From Antechinus flavipes (taxonomy: Eukaryota): 64,000 nt of DNA. This document shows, in pieces, positions 62,898-64,000 of the stretch. Position 1 is the first letter of the stretch. Each line of letters begins with the position of its first letter. The notes below the pieces were generated by a model. That model was given only the letters and a program-made list of their open reading frames with translations, was not told the DNA's origin and made no database searches. A program made the translations under genes and the position numbers. The stretch lies in contig NC_067403.1 of NCBI RefSeq assembly GCF_016432865.1, positions 246,078,001 to 246,142,000 on the forward strand, written 5' to 3'.

Positions 62898-64000
62898 TGT
62901 AGCTAGCAGGAAAATAGTCAATGAGAGATGAAAGGGAAAGAGATTATAGTTATATGGTCTGCTTTAAAAGATGGAAGGGAGTATTATAAAAGTACATGTA
63001 TTGATCTTTGCAAGCACAGGCCATCTCTTTATCAAATATAAAAATAGAGGAATAAAGAATGGAGGATTATATTAAGGGCTATGAGATGAAGAAAAGTAGA
63101 ATATGAAACCAAGTCTTCAATTGGGGTAGTGGCAATTGGAAGGACAATATAATAGGAGAGGCTTAATGAGAGAAGATAAATTCTAAGCTTTCATCTAGTT
63201 CTGACCATCCTTTATTTTAAGTTCTCTGATTCACTATAGCCCATGTCCTAATGTCTCTTTCAAATCTAACATTCTATGTTGTGTGTTTTAAGGTTCCAGC
63301 TCTAACATTATTTAGTGTGTTCTATGCTCTAAAGTTTTTGTCTAAGTTCCATTTATGTTTTAAGGCTTTACCTAAGCAATTTGAGTTCATGAAGCTAACT
63401 TAAGGTTTCTTCTTATTTCTACTTTATACATCTTGGACAAGACAATCGTTCCTGTTTCCTATGGAGAAACTTTTTGCTCTGGTAGCATTAAAATCAAATA
63501 ATATTTGCCCCTGCCTAGTGTGTCCATAAAAAAGATCTATTGAGCCCAGAAAGCCTTCAATTACCTCTAAATCTGTGGAATATGAAATAAACACATGGAT
63601 CTCCTTTGGCAGCACCTGAATCTTCTGTTCAGGGGGTCCCAGATGTAATGTATGAATAACAGGTTGATCTGTTCACTGAGATCTGGTCACTGAATTGATT
63701 AAAGAGTAGGATTCACTCTTACTGGTCCTTCTACAATAAAAGGACCTTAATAAGGATGCTGTTAGTCCTTTGAGACATGGTCTCTGAAGAATCTTGGCTT
63801 CAGTGATCTGAAGTGTTAATCAATGGTAATTAAAATGTATAGCTAATGCTGAGTTGTAGTCTCTCCAGTGACTTTATTAGTTGGTTAGGGAAATTAAGGA
63901 AGAAGGGAAGGTAGAATGCACTAGTGCTTTGAGGGCACCACTAAATCCTTCCCTATAGAAATAGTGTCACATTGATCTCTTCTTGATTCCAAGCTTTTCC

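Overview
AT-rich mammalian DNA with marsupial-type L1, MAR1/WSINE-type CORE-SINEs, MIR and L2; a dasyurid such as Tasmanian devil is likely but is an inference. The window is part of a class II olfactory receptor cluster, with all genes on the minus strand. It holds one intact OR5M11-like gene (11970-12938), four intact tandem OR5M1/OR5M10-like paralogs (25081-26016, 32526-33458, 40999-41955, 48962-49918) and an OR5AP2-like gene broken by a single 1-bp deletion (56009-56943). Subfamily names come from recalled human sequences and need BLAST or a phylogeny. Repeated upstream blocks reveal five copies of a putative 5' non-coding exon/promoter, each with a CAG|GTAGGC donor plus O/E-like, homeodomain and TGACTCA motifs. 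Transposon structure includes L1s with readable TSDs and an empty paralogous site, a three-level L2>L1>L1 nest, a gag-deleted betaretrovirus-like provirus remnant with a decayed tRNA-Lys PBS, and a solo LTR with a 6-bp TSD upstream of the one OR5M copy that lacks the family promoter. There are two assembly gaps (792-1214, 26418-26550). I found no tRNA, rRNA or CRISPR features and no clearly novel protein-coding system; the leads are regulatory and evolutionary. All alignments were done by eye, so repeat boundaries are approximate unless TSDs are quoted.
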